Source: Squalus acanthias (lineage: Eukaryota). Taken from it: a stretch of 64,000 bases of DNA. A program made the position numbers and the translations under genes. This document shows positions 26,292 through 38,026 of this stretch, in pieces. The stretch is taken from contig CM059431.1 of NCBI GenBank assembly GCA_030390025.1, forward strand, positions 114,578,001 through 114,642,000, read 5' to 3'. The notes beneath the pieces are model-generated. The model was not told the DNA's origin, ran no database searches, and worked only from the letters and a program-made list of their open reading frames with translations. How positions within the stretch are numbered: the first letter of the stretch is position 1; every line of letters begins with the position of its first letter.

Positions 26292-28930
26292 ATGGCAGGT
26301 CGCCGCCCCAGGGAGAGAGCACGGAGGTTCTTCGATGAAGCTCTGGAGGCATTGTGTAAGATATAATTCGCTGTTTGTTGTGACATGGATGAATTTAATG
26401 TACCAGCATGCTTCGAGAGTTCTGCAAACAAACCTTTAAACAGATTTAGTTAACTTCTGTAACCCATTTAGACATGGCATAAGCGGCCCATTGTCTACAG
26501 GTTTAGTTAACTTCTGCAACCTCAACAGACAGGACCTCGAGAGTTCTGCAAAACAAACCTTTAAGCTGATTGAACAATGAGGAACTTCTGCAACCCCTTC
26601 AGACATGGCGCAAGTGGCCTTGAGGCCCATTGACTACAGATAAGGAGAAGAGATACTGATGATTGAACAATCGTCAACGTGGTCTGAGACAGAAGAGATG
26701 CCAATGATTGAACAATAGCCAACGTGGTCTGAGACACGTATGCATTGGGAGGCCTGCCAAGTTTTGGGTATAAAGGACACAGTTAGAGAACGCTTGGGGG
26801 CTGCTGTGGTGAGCCGTGCAACTTGATCGGTCGCACAGAAAGAAGGGCCTACTAGTCACCGCCGAACTGGTCACTTGTTGGTGTCAGTATGTATGTATGC
26901 TTAATCTTGCTCGTTGAAGCTTATGCTTGCTTGTAAACTTGATTGATTTTAAGTAAAGAAGTAGTTACCCTGAAATCTTTGTCTCAGTGTCTTCATTCTG
27001 GTTCGGGTCTGAACTCCAAGGCCGCGATTTTACCATAGGCGGCGGGTTGGAGTCGGGACGGCTGGTTGGTGGGTTCCGGTCCCGCTGCCAGTTTCAGCCG
27101 CTCTGAAATAACTATTTTGCCTTAACTTGTCTTCATTGTGGTTCGGGTTCGAACTCTAAGTAGCTGTCAGACCGGGATACCATAAAAGGCCGAGTCATAC
27201 AATTGGTTTTCACGGTGGAGAGAAGGCGGGTGGTCCTGGACCCGCCAACTGGTAGGAGGTCCTCGCCACAAGTCTGCCGCACTATGTGGAGGGAGGTGGC
27301 ACACCATGCCATGGGCAGCACTCTGGTCTCCAGGACCAACACCCAATGCAGGAAGAAGTTTAACAACCTCACACGGGTGGTCAGGGTGAGTGAAGACTTC
27401 AACAAATGCTACATATCACCGCCTGTACCACAAGCTTCACACAGTGCTCAATGCACCACACCCCCAGCACTCACCCACCAACAATCTCTGCCTATCAACA
27501 CTCACACCCACATCTCACACCTTGCACACAATGACAGCTACTCAGCTTTGGCAGGCACGTCACCCAAGCACGTTGCACCACACTCACTCACACACTTTCC
27601 TTTCTCTTGCAGGCCAAGGTAACGCAGAATCGCCGGGAGCAGGAGTGGACAGGTGGGGGCCAAGCCCACATTGAAGAGCTGAGCCAGCTGGAGTGCTGGA
27701 GATCATTGGGCACCAGGTTGTGGCACTGTGGCCACCGGCAACATTGACCCCCTTGGGGACAACAACGGTATGTTCATCCCTACTCCTTCTTCTCACATCC
27801 CACTTCCCCCTCAGCCCACAATCTTTTCTCACTTTCAAGCTACTCATGCTGTATGCATGCATTTCTGGCTTCCCTGCCCCCCTCCCCTCACCATAACTCA
27901 ACTCGCGCCTTTCAGCTTTCAGATAATCCGCAGCACCCGAGCAGCCTGACCCCGAGGGCACTGCAGAGAGCGAGGGGGGAGAAGAGGAGGAAGAAGAAGA
28001 CACCGCGTTACTGCATCTCTCACTTGCAGACACCAGCTCAGAAACTGGCACTACGCATTCTTTAGAGGCTAGTGTAGTAGCGGGATCTGCACAGGGTGAG
28101 GCACCGGGCATGAGCGGGCTGCAGCAAAGCCAGGGGGAAAGGGTAACTCGGGGGCCAGCACCCCGGAGGGCGAGTTTGTGCATGGGTTCTGCTGCACAGG
28201 ACTTAGATGAAGACCTTGATGGGGAGGCCTTCAGAAGAAGGGTGATGGGCATGCACATGGAAATGATAGGTGCAATGGCAAGGCTGCCAGAGAGCCTCTC
28301 AGCAATGGCAAGGAGTGAGGCGGAGTCTGCCTCCAGCATTGCACAGGGCTCTGCGCAGAGCATGGAGCCCAGGATTTCCAGTCTGGAAATGACGGTGCGC
28401 TCCCAGAGAGACCGTGGCGACCCAGACATGATGGCGCGCATGATGAGCGATGTCGCAGCATCCATTGCAGCACAAGCGGAAGCGACCCAACGTCTTAGTG
28501 CTGCAGCGGAAGCTCAGACTGCTCTCATGCAGTCTCAGCTTGATGCCACCCAAGCTCTGACTGCTGCCATCATGGCTGGGTTTACCACCGTCGACCGGGG
28601 CTTTCACGGTGTCGCAGCAGCGCAGCAATCTGTGCTCCAATAGATTGCTCGGAATGCTGAGGCCCCGCCCCAGGGGCGTGGCAGTGGGTCAGTGGAGGAG
28701 GACCCTGCTGTCCTCTCTCAGGATGACATCATTCCTACTCCCACCACTGCCACTCCTCCATTGCCCTTGTTGCTGCCTGTCTCCAGCCAGCCCAGACTGC
28801 TGCCGCCCATGCTGAGGTGGTGCAGTCTACATTGGGCCTTCTAGGTCCAGAGCTGCTCGAGGTCATTCTGCAAGGCCATCTGAAGTCTCCCCCATGGAAA
28901 CTCAGCAGCTTTCCACCAGGGATTGCACAA
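26292..28930 (+). pseudogene. Harbinger Myb/SANT (trihelix-like) DNA-binding protein gene, 3 exons, disrupted
   Basis: Exon 1: RERARRFFDEALEAL [LTR insert] VFTVERRRVVL...WREVA...RTNTQCRKKFNNLTR, donor GTGAGT at 27386. Exon 2: 27613-27767 (AKVTQNRREQEWTGGG), donor GTATGT. Exon 3 from 27923: acidic tract plus Ala/Met/Gln-rich helix (ORF 28110..28643), premature TAG at 28641. The 3' end is approximate. Confidence 0.88.
26355..27201 (+). mobile_element. Solo LTR (ERV1- or Gypsy-like) inserted in Myb/SANT exon 1
   Basis: TGTA...TACA termini; 4-bp TSD ATTG (26351-26354 and 27202-27205); internal direct repeats; TATAAA near 26768; AGTAAA near 26952. Removing it rejoins the Myb reading frame. Confidence 0.88.
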
Positions 28931-29110
28931 GTATGATTAGTTCATATTTTTGCTTTAAAAATGTGTTACGTGATTTTTGCTATGTTTATTAATTTTGTTT
29001 GGAATCTTTTGTGGTGCCTCTCATTTCAGCTTTGTGCCCAGGAGGATGCTGTGATATTCCGTGACAGAGGGATGATATGATGGGGATGTGGTGAGGAATG
29101 GGGATCTGAT

Positions 29111-30271
29111 TTATTGGAATCGGAGTCTGATGAAACATTCACGGACAGCCTGTTTGGAAGGGGGATTGGCTGCCTGCCTCCTCCCTCCCTCCTCGTCCTC
29201 TTCCTCTTGCTCCTCGTCCTCTTCCTCCTCCTCCACCCCCTCCTCCTCCTGAGGTGGTCCCGCAATCCCTGGTGGCAAAGGCTACGCCCTCTTAATGGCT
29301 AAGTTGTGAAGCATGCAGCAGACCACCACAAAATAGGAGTACTGGAGGGCTCCTCCCGAGCATTCAAGGCAGCGGAACCATTGCTTCAGTAGCCCGATGG
29401 TCTGCTCGATGGTGTTCCTGGTGGATGCATGGCTCTCATTATATGAATGCTGGCACGAGTGTTGGTGTTGCAGAGGGGAGTCATGAACCAGTTGGAGAGC
29501 AGATAGCCCTTGTCTCCGAGCAATGATCCTTGAGTTTGCTGTGGAGGCTGTAAGATTGCTGGCACACCGGACTGACGCAGGATGAAGGCATCATGGCTGC
29601 TGCCAGGGAAGTGGGCATTGACCATCAGGAATGGCTGGGCGTGGTCGCACACCAGCTGTATATTAAGTGAGTGGTAGCCTTTGCAGTTCCAGAAGATCTC
29701 AGGCTTGTTATACGGTGCCCGCAAAGCCACGTGTGCAGTCGATGGCGTCCTGCACCATGGGGAGGCCCGCTACCCTGGCAAAGCCACGTGCATGCTCGTG
29801 CTGCTTCTCTCTGCTCAGAGAGAAGACAATGAAGTCCCTTCTCCTGGAGTAGAGAGCCTCAGTGACCTCCTGGATGTAGCGATGGACAGCGAACTGTGAG
29901 ATGTTAGCTACGTCTCCTGCTGCAGACTGGAAGGATCCACTGGCGAAGAAATTGAGGGCCACGGTGACCTTGAGGGCCACTGGGAGAGCCGTGTTTGCCC
30001 TGCTCTGAGGCTGCAGGTCTGGTTGCAGGAGGTGGCAGAGTTCTGTGACCACCACCTTGGTGAAGCGTAGCCTCCTAATACACTGCTCCTCGCTTAAGTG
30101 GATACAAACAAAATGCTCTCGGAAGACCCCAGGTGGGTAAGGCCTCCTGTTGCGAGCCCTACTGGCCCTCCTCCTCCTCCCTCTGAGAGCATCTTCTCGT
30201 CTTCTTCGCTGCCTCTGCTCCCTCTCCCGAAGGTAGTCGAGTGCGAGGGGAACTGTTAGTAGAGCCCCCAA
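29111..30271 (-). pseudogene. Harbinger (HARBI1-like) DDE transposase, frameshifted
   Basis: ORFs 29708..30283 (CIRRLRFTK, ALKVTVALNFFASGSFQ, NISQFAV, AIDCT) and 29386..29730 (NCKGYHSLNIQLVCD, FPGSSHDAFIL, LLGDKGY) carry the canonical Harbinger motifs in different frames. C-terminus AVRECFIRLRFQ* ends at 29111. The start appears mutated (TTG GGG GCT). Confidence 0.93.
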
Positions 30272-31061
30272 GACTGTGAGCAAGTGGTGTGAGCAGAAGC
30301 CTTTAAATAAGATTGAAGGTGTTCTCCACTTGCAACAACACTCCCTATTACCTTAGAACCTTGAAAGAAGTTAATAAAGCTGGCGGAGTTGGAGAAAGTA
30401 GTACAGAGCCAGTCAACGTGCAGAAACATGTCAGGTGCAGGTTGTTGCTGATGTTCCCTTTAAATACCACTGCTGGAGCCTCCTTCCTGCTTGTGTACGC
30501 TTGCTCAGCTCGTTGTAGTTAAGGCATGCTGGTAAGTGGAGCGGCGAAGTCCAATGTAGCAGATCGAGCGTCAAGTGAGCATTCACTGTCGTCACAATCT
30601 GCTTAATTTCGAGAAGATCGACTTCCGCTATATTCGGCGGGAGGTTTGCGGCGGTGGTATGGCATTGCATCCCGATCTCCTTCGCCCGGAGATCGTGACG
30701 TCATCGGCGTGCGCATCGCCCCGGTAGCGCCCCGGACCCGAACTTCGGTTCCACCCCCTGCAGTATCGCCGGGCGAAAACACCAGGAGCTGCCGAAGGCG
30801 TTCATCGGGAGGCCGGGCGTTTCGGGGGCGATACTTATAGGCGAGGTGGCCGAGGTAAATGGAAAAAATTCTCAAATGCTCTTTGTGGTTTTTTTTCATT
30901 TCTCTTCACCAGCGATCGATCAGCTCGGCACTCTGCTGCAGTGTATCGGGCTGATCGGGCCGGATCACGGCCGCCGTCGGGGAGCAGGTAAGTTGCTTTC
31001 CCTTGCAGAGCCTGCAGCAATGGCCAAGCCCCAGACTTGCTTTGAGTCCAGGCAGCTCAAA

Positions 31062-31741
31062 GGGAGAATTTTAACCTAAAAAAAACGGGTGGGTTAGGAG
31101 CGAGGGGGTAGTAAAAATGTTAAAAATCGGAATCCCGACCTGCACCCGCCTCCAACCCGCCCACTTCCGGTTTTAACGGAGGCAAGATGGGGGGGGGGGG
31201 GGCGGGACGGGAGGCGGGCAACCAACCTGCTCCCAAGAGTCGGGACGTCAATTTAAATATTTTAATGAGGCTGGAAGCCTCTTCTTTAACCTCCATTTTG
31301 CTTTTAACTGTAGCTGAACCTGGCAGTTACAGCAAGGTGAGGACTGCTGCATCCAGGAGGGAAGTGCCTTTATACCTACCACCTGGATCCAGGGTCCCTG
31401 ACTAACCCACCCTCCACGATCGGAGACCCCCTCACGAGTCATCCGATCGCCTTCCCGGAAACCCCCCCCACCCCCGATCATCCTTAGGCCAGCCCCGATC
31501 CTCCAGTGGCCGGCCCCAATCTTCCTTCCCCCTCCCCCACCGATCATCCTGAGGCCGGCCCCAGCCCCCACCTGATCCCTCCCTCTCTCGCCTCGCAGAG
31601 GCCTCGCATGCAAATCAGGCCCTGCCGTTAAAGTCGGCAGGGCCCGAACCCGGCCTCGCAGGTTTCCCGCCCGCCTCGGAGCCCCCCCACCCCTCCCCAA
31701 CACCCCCGCCCCAACCCGCCTTCACCATGAAAATCCAGCCC
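31062..31741. mobile_element. GC-rich Harbinger-type MITE
   Basis: GGGAGAATTTT...AAAATCCAGCCC; internal CCGATC tandem motifs as in 37720-37890 and 63500-63620. Confidence 0.7.
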
Positions 31742-31870
31742 TAGTTGTTTCGGTGGTTACACAATGGTTTTACTCTGGAAAAGGAGTAGAGTTAGCCTTG
31801 GAGAAAGGAAAGAGACAGCTGAAGGAACCAGATCTGTGGAGCAGGATCAGCAGTGAGACCAAAACTTATT

Positions 31871-34106
31871 GGCCAGTAATTTGCGGTCAGCGGCGAAACA
31901 AAGGTGTTCGCCACTGGCCCCGAAGTACGCTTCGCACAAAGATCAGGCGATCTCTGTGGCGAGAAGTTCGGCTTTTCAGACGTTCAGTTGAAATCAGTGT
32001 AAATTAATGGGGAATCCCATAGCGTGAGCTACTGTGACATCAACAAGCTGTCTAAGCAGCCAATCACAACGCAGAATTCTCACAGACCGGGAACCAGGAA
32101 GTAGAAACATAGAAACATAGAAGATAGGAGCAGGAGTAGGCCATTCGGCCCCTCGAGCCTGCTCCGCCATTCGATGAGATCATGGCTGATCATCTAAACT
32201 CAGTACCCTGTACCTGCCTTCTCCCCATATCCCTTGATACCTTTAGCTTTAAGAAATATATCTAACTCATCCTTGAATATATTTAATGACTTCGCCTCAA
32301 CTACCTTCTGTGGTAGAGAATTCCACAGGTTCACCACTCTCTGGGTGAAGAAATTCTTCCTCATTTCTGTCCTAAATGGTTTACCCGTTATCCGTAGATT
32401 ATGACCCCTGGTTCTGGACTCTCCGACCATCGGGAACATTCTTCCTGCATCTAGTTTGTCCAGACCTGTCAGAATTTTATATGTTTCGATGAGATCCCCT
32501 TTCATTCTTCTATACTCCAGTGAGTATAAGCCCAATCGACCCAATCTCTCCTCATATGTCATTCCTGCCATCCCAGGTATCAGCCTTGTGAATCTTCGCT
32601 GAACTCCCTCCATGGCAAGAACATCCTTTCTCAGATAAGGCGACCAAAACTGCACACAGTACTCAAGGTGTGGTCTCACCAAGGCCCTGTACAACTGTAG
32701 CAGGACATCCCTGTTCCTATACTCAAACCCTTTCGCTATGAAGGCCAACATACCATTTGCCTTCTTCACCGCCTGCTGCACCTGCATGCTTACCTTCAGC
32801 GACTGGTGCACAAGGACACCCAGGTCTCGTTGCACTTCCCCTTCTCCCAATCTATTGCCATTCAGATAATAGTCTGCCTTTCTGTTTTTGACACCAAAGT
32901 GGATAACCTCGCACTTATCCACGTTATATTGCATCTACCACGCTTCTGCCCACTCACCCAACCTGTCCAGATCATCCTGGAGTTTCTCGGTATCCTCCTC
33001 ACAGCACACACTCCCACCCAGCTTTGTGTCATCAGCAAACTTGGAGATATTACATTTAATTCCCTTATCCAGATCATTAATGTATATTGTGAATAGCTGG
33101 GGTCCAAGGACCGATCCCTGCGGTACCCCACTAGTCACTGCTTGCCACTCGGAAAAAGACCCATTAATTCCTACTCTCTGCTTTCTGTCCGCCAACCAGT
33201 TCTCTATCCAAGTCAATACCTTGCCCCCAATCCCATGTGCCTTAACTTTACCCGCTAATCTCTTATGCGGGACCTTATTGAAAGCCTTTTGAAAGTCCAA
33301 ATACACCACATCTACTGGTTCTCCCTTATCTATTTTCCCAGTTACATCCTCAAAAAATTCCAGTAGATTAGTCAAGCACGATTTACCTTTTCTAAATCCA
33401 TGTTGACTTTGTCCGATCCTGTCACTGTTTTTCAAATGCTCAGCTATTACATCCTTTATAATGGACTCTAGCATTTTCCCCACTACCGATGTCAGGCTTA
33501 CTGGTCTGTAATTCCCCGCTTTCTCTCTACCACCCTTTTTGAATAGTGGGGTGAGTAAGCTCCTTTTATTCTAACTTTTTAAAAATGTTATAGAGAGCAA
33601 AACAAAGATTGGTGCTCTCACATGGGGAAAAGGTAAAACCTGAAATAAAGATGAACAAACTGTTAAAAAAAAACTTTTTTTTAAAGTTTCTTAAAAATTG
33701 TCATTTTTATTAAAATGGATAAATTTGACACTCCACAACATTAAAATTAGTTTTTCAGGGCCAGAACATTTGTTGAGCAGTCAATATGCTGTTAAAACCC
33801 CAGTTACACCTAATCCAAAAGGGTCTAACTTTTAATGGGGTATTTAACAGCGGTATTACCGGGGAAAAGTCAAAGTTTTTGTCAGTTTCACTGATTTCCC
33901 TGATTACATTGATTGCCGGCTGTGCGCGGGGGTGGGGGGGGGCCACAGAGCAGCCAGTGTCGGAGCAGTGAACGACTGACCGCAACTTCAGGATTTCCGC
34001 GTTAGGATGCGCATGGGCTACATCCTGAAGTTGCGGTCAGTTTCAAAGGGGTAATAGCAGCGAACGCTGTACGTTCACTGTTATTACCCACCGCAATTCA
34101 TGGGCC
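31871..34106. mobile_element. Harbinger-type MITE, family B, split by CR1
   Basis: TSD ATT/ATT; halves 31871-32102 and 33552-34106 rejoin colinear with 8192-8965 reversed. Confidence 0.87.
32103..33551 (-). mobile_element. CR1 LINE, 5'-truncated, RT domain + 3' end, nested in a MITE
   Basis: ORFs 32935..33483 and 32200..32934 are in frame with a single stop; RT motifs; 8-mer tail. Confidence 0.96.
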
Positions 34107-34262
34107 ATTGTGTAAAAAAGGACAAAAAAATTCAGAAGTAACAACAAGTTAATCCAGCACTGGGAATCTGCTCTTTTTTTCCCTCAAGTGTTACCAGGGA
34201 AGCAGGTCAGCCATAAACAGATTGGGTCACGCAGCACAATCTGAGATTCACCAGAGGTCTTA

Positions 34263-34575
34263 TCACAGAATCACAGAATCCCCACAGTGCAGATAGAGGC
34301 CATTTCGGCCCATCAAGCCTGCACATATCCCACCCTATCCCCGTAACCCCACGTATTTAATCCCCCTAACACTAAGGGTCAATGTATCATAGCCAAATCA
34401 ACCTAACCCGCACATCTTTGGACTGTGGGAGGAAACAGGAGCACCCGGAGGAAACCCACGCAGACACGGGGAGAATGTGCAAACTCCACACAGACAGTCA
34501 CCCGAGGCCGGATTCGAACTCGGGTCCCTGGCGCTGTGAGGCAACTGTGCTAACCACTATGCCACCGTGTTGCCC
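34263..34575 (-). mobile_element. HE1-like V-SINE (tRNA-derived, CR1-type tail)
   Basis: Pol III A box (TGGCATAGTGG) and B box (GTTCGAATCC) on -; V-domain (GAGCACCCGGAGGAAACCCACGCAGACACGGGGAGAA); (TTCTGTGA)n tail. Confidence 0.9.
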
Positions 34576-36900
34576 GTCTTATGATATCATCACCTCTTGA
34601 ACATGGGCAATCTCTGCAACGCCTTTTATATGACACTTCAGTAAGAAGATATCTCCGTTTTAATAAGGGCCTACCGCCCAACTTTCAGAAAAATTAGTGA
34701 TGACAATGGGGAAATGTCAGATACTTCTTCAAGCTCCCTTTTAGTGCAGGTGGTGCTGGGCAGCTATACCGTGTGGTACCAATCAGAGACTGTCCCTAGC
34801 TCCGGAGGTTTATACTAGCATGAAAGCCATATTAGAGAAATGACAATTTGTGCCCATATGATTACAGAGGTATCTAAACATCAAACATTACTCAGAGTAC
34901 ATGCGCAACTATGCCATAAATGTGCCTTCCTCTGAATGCTTTGTTGAGAAAATATACCATTACCATATCAATGTGAAAAACAATGTGTGATTTTTCTCTT
35001 ATACAAAAAAAATTAAAGAAACATGTTTGGACCATGACTATTAATTGTTATATGTTTGGCCACTTTTCAGTTTCAGTGTGTAATCTGCATGCCTTCTTGA
35101 AATAAAGTTTTTTTTAAAGAGAATTTACTCTGAGTAAAAGCTTATTTAAAGAGGTGTTGTCGCGTCATGGAGAAAGGTAAAGGTGAGCAATTTGTAACAC
35201 TGATTTGCTTGACTTGCAATTGAGAAATTCCTGATGTCAAAGTGCCTTTAGAAGTCAGAGTCAGCCTTTTTTGGTTTCTAGCTCTGAAAAAAAATCCTTT
35301 TAATTCCTTCCTGTTATTGAAGTTTCAAGTGCTCCAGGTGGAGGCCACAGTCAGTGCCTGAGAAAACAAAACTGGGTTTCGGCCAACAATACACGGCGGG
35401 GAAACCAAATACTAAGCACAATTATCTAAGCTGAGACATTTTATTTTTTTAACAAAATGGAGTACATCTTTGGCATTTTCCTTGTGGGGGAGCCACTAAA
35501 TTAATTGTTAAATGCACTTAAAAAAAGTAACTGATTGGTAATTTAACTTGTTTTAATAGAGGGATTGATAATTGTACCAGGGAGATTTTTACAAAAACAT
35601 GATTTGAAGGAAAATGACGATAAACCAAGAAATGTTTTTCATTCAAAATCTTTTGTAACTTAAAAATAAAATCATCTGCCAAAAAGAGTTTTAAACATCG
35701 GCAAAAATAAGTTCTTTTTGCTCCGTGGTATAAAGAGATGTCACAACCAGAAAATAAACTGAAACAAGTATCAGCCCTGATTTAGATTTTGTAAAAAGAA
35801 ATTTTCATCATTGAAAACCATTTGCTTTTGGGACCCAGGACGTTGGAAATGAAGATGGAAATTTGGTTTTGAAATAGACAAATAAAATAAAATAAAATGC
35901 AGCTTCGGCAGCTACTCATATAGCATGTTGAATTGTTCGGTTTAAAATATAGATGTAAAAACTCCAAGCAGCCACACATCCTGAATCTAATTTAGCATAA
36001 TCTGTTTTCTGCATAAAAATCCGACAAAAACAGATGTTCTGTCCAAGACGGGCCAGAAGTCCCATTTTAAATTCCTTTTTGTCCTTTGATGATCTGCAAA
36101 TGAGCTTTACAACTGCACTCCTTCCACAATTCAATTTTACAGACACATTAGCCATGATATAATGCTGAGGTTAAATATATCAGGGCAGCTATTATGTGAA
36201 AATAATTAACAGTAATGAATAATGCACTAATTCTGCTGATGAGAGATGGTTATATGTATAATTAAGTGATAGGCCTGTCCTGATAAATGAAATTAAAATA
36301 TTTAAACACTATTTTATGATATTACTCAACTCATGTAATTTCCTGTACTTACAATGAACTAGTTTGATTATTGCCATTATCTTGACAGCTACAGTGGATG
36401 AAATAGTTTCAGTTAATGTGACAGCTATTAGTCTTATAACAATCTGTTCACATGAAACAAGGTGAAGTGGATAAGGGGATGACTACTCTTTTCTTTCTTA
36501 TTCTTACACTGTGCACGTATTTGGAGTTGTCAACGTTTCTAATTGCTCTTTAAATGAGAAGCATTAAAGTTTCCGTGAAGCTTCCCACATATCAACTTTT
36601 CTCCTATCACCTATTTTCCGGAAAATATAATTGATATGTTTAACATTGGAGCCAAGCCTCTATTTGTGCTTGTTACTAGTGTCTCATCTGTGCTCTGAAA
36701 GCAAATTCTTGCTATAGCCATCAGCACAATATTGAATATATTTTAGAATGCTCCAGAGAGGTGGTTGCGAGGTCGGTTGATATTATTCAGGATGAGCTGA
36801 CACTTGCAACACAGATATTTTGGCCCTTTTTTTGGTGCCCAAACTACCACATTTTTTCTTCTGGAAAATAATTTATCAGCAAAATAGAATCCAGACTCTT

Positions 36901-38026
36901 GGGGGTAGATTTTCAACTCACCGCCTGGATGTTGCAGAGCAACTCCCCGTTATAGAAATTGTTCAGCTTTCATTTCCATTGATACAGTGGTGGAAGTTCC
37001 CGAGAAGAGGTGATAACAACCCTGGGTTCACACAGTGGAGGGAGAGGAGCTTGTAGTGGCCTTCTCTCCTTCTATTCCGACCCTCAAATTATCTCCTTGT
37101 GTAGGCTTTGGTCTCTGCCGAGGCCTACCGGGATGTCCATGTTTTGATCTTCGGGACTCGTCCTTTAACTGTCCGTCCACCTCCTGTGGTGCTCCAGCAA
37201 CAACACCGCTGGGATCTTGTGGCCAGGCAATGGCAGGCTCCCTCATGGTGGCAGAAATCCCACTGAGGGCCCGCCATTCATATGGGATAAATCCCAACCC
37301 AGGATATTGGCTCAGGGTTTCGCCTGTGATGGAGAGGTAGGCAGAAATCCTGCCCTGCCAGAACAGTGCAGGGGACAACCCCAGCCGTTCTATCTGTCGG
37401 TTTGTGACTTGGCTCTTTTTCTCAAGCCACTAGTTTAAAAATCAGTTTGTACCATCCTTGCATTAAATTAGGCTGTAGGCATGGATTTTAACTGCGGCTG
37501 GTTTAAAAACCACTTAGGTATTGTGACTGGATTAAAAAGGTAGTGACCGAGCTAAAACTGGATAAAAATAATGATCAATGCAATAAATAAATAACTGTAT
37601 AATACCTCGTCAGCTCTCTCTTAAACAAGCTGTCAGCTGTCCCTGCTCCAACGTTGGTTTGCCCATCTCTAAACATCGCCTACATTAAAAAAGGGTAAGG
37701 ACTTACCACAATCACTCTCCCGATCGCCGCCGCTCCCGGTCCCGAGATCCCTCACCTCTGACCTCCAAGCCCTGGCCCCGACCTCCAATGTCCCTCCTCT
37801 CCGGCCCTGACCTCCAGGCCCCCTGACCCCCAGTCTCCCCCCCCCACCCCACTCCCACCGCGATCCCCCCAACCCCCGATGCCTGTCTCCCCAGCCCCCA
37901 ATGCCAAGCACAGTAAGTGATCCTCTATTGACTCCTGAAGCTGGGAAAGCACCAGGTTGTGTAGACACCTTTACAATGGGCTCACCATTTGCCCATCTCA
38001 AAACCCCACAGTTGTAGAAATCTCAA
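36901..38026. mobile_element. Decayed Harbinger-type element with an internal unrelated segment
   Basis: GGGGGTAGATTTT left end; CCGATC/C-rich tract; back-to-back GGTAAG-G-ACTTACC at about 37694-37707; right end uncertain. Confidence 0.5.

Larger units (their letters stand above)
25935..30610. mobile_element. PIF/Harbinger DNA transposon, two-gene (Myb/SANT + DDE transposase), decayed; right terminus missing
   Basis: Left TIR GGCCTAGAAATTGG at 25935 preceded by ATT; the same left end is repeated at 61434. Convergent Myb/SANT (+) and transposase (-) genes. No matching right TIR found, so the right boundary is approximate. Confidence 0.88.

Noticed and set aside
26400..26740. CRISPR-like repeat array
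   Set aside because: Irregular LTR enhancer-type duplications with no unique spacers, in vertebrate DNA without cas genes.
27584..28465. 293-aa minus-strand ORF
   Set aside because: Antisense shadow of Myb exon 3 and its intron; the sense frame carries the recognisable composition and splice sites.
29708..30283. Domesticated HARBI1 host gene
   Set aside because: Frameshifts, a probably mutated start, an adjacent Myb gene and TIR, and other decayed copies indicate a transposon.
34495..34575. tRNA gene
   Set aside because: It is the tRNA-derived head of a V-SINE, continuous with SINE body and tail.
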